Of a DNA stretch of 64,000 nt, positions 60,027-64,000 are shown piece by piece. Made by a program: the position numbers and the translations under genes. The notes under the pieces are model-generated. The model was not told the DNA's origin and did no database searches. It saw nothing but the letters and a program-made list of their open reading frames with translations. The stretch spans positions 15,624,001 to 15,688,000 of the forward strand of contig CP075495.1 in NCBI GenBank assembly GCA_021613535.1, in the 5' to 3' direction. Position 1 is the stretch's first letter, and every line of letters begins with the position of its first letter. The stretch comes from Adineta vaga. Lineage: Eukaryota > Animalia > Rotifera.

Positions 60027-61541
60027 CTAGTAACGCTCGTCGAGGCAGACTCGCTTAACCCTCGACTGAATTTTCTATAACCATCTTACATTATGTGTTC
60101 TTTGAGTGCGCTCTCAAAGCTCTCGTTGTGCAAAGCTTCATAAAAAGATGTGTCATATTAACAGGAAGGAGTACTTCAAATAAATTGTAAAAAATTCAGC
60201 ATCCCTTTGAGATTTTATATGACAAATCATCACTCACAGCTCCCAGTCGCTGGTGTTTAAAATGTTGGAACGAATTCTGGAATTGCGGTCTTTTCTCTAC
60301 ATGACAATGTGTTTGGAGCGTCGAAGAAACTCATGAGAATAACATATCTTCACATGTTCACTGTTAATCTATTCCACACTGAATGGAAGAAGCAGTTCAA
60401 TAGACTTCATATATCTACGATGGCATTTTGATGGCACTAGCATAAATCGGTGCATTGCCTGGCTTTTCTTTCTTGTTAAAGGTACGGTCTCAAAAGTTAG
60501 ACTAGACTCCAATAAGAACATACACACACTAGACATGAATGTATACGCCTATAAATAAACTACGGCTTCAAACTTTAATGTCTCAAATATGTTAATAGTT
60601 TCTGTAGTTTTCGGTCGTGTAGTCTACTATTCTTTACAGTCTTAGAACCATAAAGGATTATTGAATTTCTCCTTTCAGAATCTATGAGACCTTCATAATA
60701 TAGCCCTTGAGAACCTCTTGGGACTGCCATTATCGTGTGTTTTTGACCTATGCGTAGTCCTAAACGATATTCTCTTGACTAATATCAGTGCTCTCAAGTA
60801 CATATAGAAAAAAAGTTTTCGTATGACCCCTATCACAGCCGAAGGAACAATCCATTATGAAGACCAGGTCGAACTAATTTTAATCCTATTGGAATATTAC
60901 TAAGTAGTCTTAACGATGCTAAATTCCAAATAAGACAGCTGAGCAGCTCTCATATGCAGACGTGATTCTCCGTTATACGGTAGTTCTTTGCCTATGATCT
61001 TTCTCATTCAACTTCATGGCTTTGCAATTTTATTCATCGATCGCACTAGACATTCTCATTAAATAGTGTCGTTTACCTAAACCATTATAGCATTTTTGAC
61101 TGACTGAATATCCAGCCTGATAAAGCCTTATATTAGTCCATAGGTGAGTATAAAAAAACCTTAATTGGCTGAGTCTTTGGAACGAAGAAACCTGATCGAT
61201 CCAGAATCCAAGTTCATAGGAACAAATGTGAGCAGTGTTAGACGATGAAAAACTCTCATCGGTCCAAGTCCTACCAAAAGCAGATGTGTCGATGAATAAC
61301 CCTATAATTTTAGAAACTTGTTTGTTTGACGTTAGAACTCATCGCATATCGAGCTCTTTTGAATTTTTGAAGAAAAATTTTTTTTGACCTTTGACCTTTG
61401 ATCCCCACACCCCACCCTACTCATGACTATCCATCTTCATTGAGTCTTGAGAATTTCAATAAATCTTGACCTTTGACCCTGACACAGACACACAGACAAA
61501 CTATTTTTTTGTATGACCCTCTTTTCAGTCGAGGGAATAAA
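60027..61541 (-). mobile_element. Non-autonomous Helentron/DINE-like rolling-circle element
   Basis: 12-bp subterminal IR CCCTCGACTGAA (60059-60070) / TTCAGTCGAGGG (61524-61535). The minus-strand 5' end has a CCCTC..GAGGG hairpin followed by a TGTC/TGTG microsatellite; the 3' end has an imperfect GC hairpin then CTAG|T. A degenerate 5'-end copy lies at about 59070-59190 (+). Confidence 0.6.
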
Positions 61542-61740
61542 TCCACATCAAATCATTCAAACTACTTTTCCTCTCACTAAAAATCCAAATACAAAGTTTT
61601 AATAATGACAAATCAATTCATATTATATATATTTTTGTATTGTATCGTTCATTTCACTGTTATATTTTTAATCAAATAAAACATAACTATCAATTAATCA
61701 TAAGTATTTTTATTTATAAAAATAAAATAAATAAATAATA

Positions 61741-61885
61741 TAATATAAACCAGAGCTTTCGGCATATCAAATAATATCGTCAACTTTAGTTTTAATTAAT
61801 TCAACAACTACAATAGTCTTTTCATCTTCTATTTTCTTTCTACTGACGATGATATTTGATATGCCGAAAACTCTGGTGTATATTA
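61741..61885. mobile_element. MITE
   Basis: TIRs of about 42 bp: taatataaaccagagctttcggcatatcaaata... / ...tatttgatatgccgaaaactctggtgtatatta. Confidence 0.75.
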
Positions 61886-62431
61886 TTTTATTTTCAAATA
61901 TATCATATAAAAAACTAGGATATCTACTATTTTACCATACATTTGTTGTTGAATCAACATCAAAATAATCAAATCTGTTTCATGCACACAAGCATATGTA
62001 ATACTATGATTATGAACCCGAAAGCACATTCATCCCATCCTTCTTCAAATATTTTCCATATTATTCTCAAAAGGGAAAGATTACATGGGTAAAATAATTA
62101 TGTATTGTAAATAATAGGAAATTAGAATAGATTTCAACCTTCATTAAGGATCATCTTGACATAATTAGAGAAATCCATCTATTTGTTTTGTATAAATTTT
62201 AAGAACCTTTAAAGTAATTCTTCAAAGAAAACAAAAGTTTGAAAATCGTATGAAACGTTAAACAAAAGAGAAATCCATTTATTTCAGACGATCCATTTTG
62301 GTAATTGTTATCTCAATAAGAATCGACATTTTATATATCGAGGTAAATAATACTGAATGAGTTTAAGTGCAAATAAGAAAGATAATAGGTATTAAATTGG
62401 ATCTATAATGTCAGTTACTTTCAGGAGAATT

Positions 62432-63402
62432 TTACTGTGGCATTATTCTATGTTCTTTTCGACAAGAGAGTATTAGATTTTTCACTTTTTGACGAAATCG
62501 TTTCGATGTTATTAAGAAAGTATAAAAACCTCCCTAAAAAAACAAAACAACGATATATCTTAAATGATCACATAGAAACTTTTTGATTCACATACAATGT
62601 AATATAGATATGTTCCCATACCAACAACTGCATTAGCCAAATATTCTCTCATTTGTTGATCTGAATCTTTTCTAATTCCAATTGTAATTAAATTGTATAC
62701 ATTCATACCGCCAAATGGTACCAGACTAAAAATAACAAGTAATGCATGAATGAAAGTCATCCTTATTAACTGACGATTAGCTCGTAGATGAACAAGAACT
62801 AATGTTTGATGAATATTATGATAAGTTAACCATCCAAATACAAGAATTATGCCTACTGGTATTCCACAGATAATGCCAATTAAATAAACTGGTATATAAA
62901 TAGCTAAACCAGCATTATCACTACCACACATCTTAGTAGTAGGTAAAATACGATACAAGACTAATATAGGAATATCATAGAGACACCAGAAAATGATGAC
63001 AATGAATGATATTTGATTAGCCCATTTTATTTGACTATAACTTCGAAGTAAATTACTTTTTGAAGTGACTAAAAATTGGTCTATTACAGCCAAACATGAA
63101 AAAGTTATAGAAATAAGACTAGGAATAGTAAGAAGAAATTGTCGTATTTTACACCACACATCAGAATTTCCATATATATTTATTCCATAACTAACACTCA
63201 GAATACGAATAGTAAGATTAAGTAGAACATAAAACATATTGTCAATTGAACCCATTAAAAAGTAAAATGTACAAGGATTTGTGCGATAAATACGATCTTT
63301 TGAAAATACTAAAATATTGATTCCATTACCAATAATACATGCAATAAGAAAACAAATACCAACATAAAGTGTAAATTGTTGAGTATCGTATAGCAATGTC
63401 AT
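62432..63402 (-). CDS. Class A-like orphan GPCR, 2 exons
   Basis: GN in TM1, WCKIRQF and AVIDQF. Intron 62534-62595 joins YYI|GGFYTFLITSKRFRQKV; stop at 62432-62434. Confidence 0.88.
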
Positions 63403-64000
63403 GATAATTATTTTCTATTTGAAAAGTATTCGATGATTTCTAAAAGATAAGTAATAGATTTATATGGAGAAAAATAATGAGTTATTTAAAACAAAGCAAG
63501 ATATAGAGAATGTTGTTTGAAGTCTCATAGTCATTAAAGTGACGTTAATACCAATAAGTTAAAAGTATACAAAGAAAAATGAAGAATTATAAATATTGTT
63601 TGAAGAAAGAATAATGCGTATATATTGAGAATTCCTAACTCGCACGAAGCTTTCTGACTTAATTCATGCATTATAATTATTATCCAAATAGATTAACGTC
63701 ATAAAATTTTCAAAAAACCTAAATCAAGATCTCTAATGATTTTAGGTATATCGCACTCTTTGTAATTAGTGATACTATTTAAAGTATTTTGAAAAAAAAA
63801 GATTACCAAATAGAATGCATGAAAATTTACAAGAAAAAAAACACACACGAGCTTATGAGTAATTAAAGAAGAGGAAAAATGAAAGAGGAAATATGATCTT
63901 TTCTACTTTTATTTTAATCCAAGTCGACGAATATAGAAATCATATATACTTGTAAGCGGGTGTATATGTTTGCAATACTGAGGCAGATATTATGGTTGTA

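Noticed and set aside
59161-61425. G-rich/C-rich tracts at about 59161 and 61401 as further telomere-like hairpins
   Set aside because: They are one-armed and lie inside the Helentron-like element and its degenerate copy.
1-64000. Bacterial contamination as the source of the foreign-looking enzymes
   Set aside because: They are interleaved with intron-containing genes and GPCRs, share the host AT bias, and show no operon structure.

Overview
This is very AT-rich eukaryotic DNA with many 45-110 bp GT-AG introns. The gene content (expanded ADP-ribosyltransferase [ART] genes, orphan 7TM receptors, PAN/EB-NHL and FG-GAP proteins, foreign-looking enzymes, TGTGGG/TGAGGG-like motifs) points to a bdelloid rotifer; this is an inference and no species can be assigned. 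From left to right: a diacylglycerol kinase; a GPCR broken by a 26-bp tandem duplication; a candidate innate-immune cluster at about 4.8-19.9 kb; a nested transposon/pseudogene tract at about 20-30 kb with an intact IR/DR-type Tc1 (DD34E); three intronless HGT-like enzymes (tocopherol-cyclase/AttH-like, fungal-type GH32, PhnY-like dioxygenase); an F-box-LRR gene; a caspase-like pseudogene; a PAN-EB-NHL gene; a giant gene with three tandem 2-TM Cys-rich units plus FG-GAP repeats; four identical tRNA-Phe genes; and MITE/Helentron-like elements. The immune cluster contains a spliced ART-NACHT-HEAT NLR-like gene, two membrane-anchored anti-lipopolysaccharide-factor (ALF)-like paralogues bracketing an ART-TPR gene, a head-to-head pair of unknown glycine-zipper paralogues and an RNI-type LRR gene. 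The most novel signals are the TM-anchored ALF-like pair, the ART-effector NLR, the glycine-zipper pair, the three-unit 2-TM protein, and short telomere-repeat-like hairpins, two of which sit at duplication breakpoints. All family assignments come from motif recognition by eye; no searches were run.
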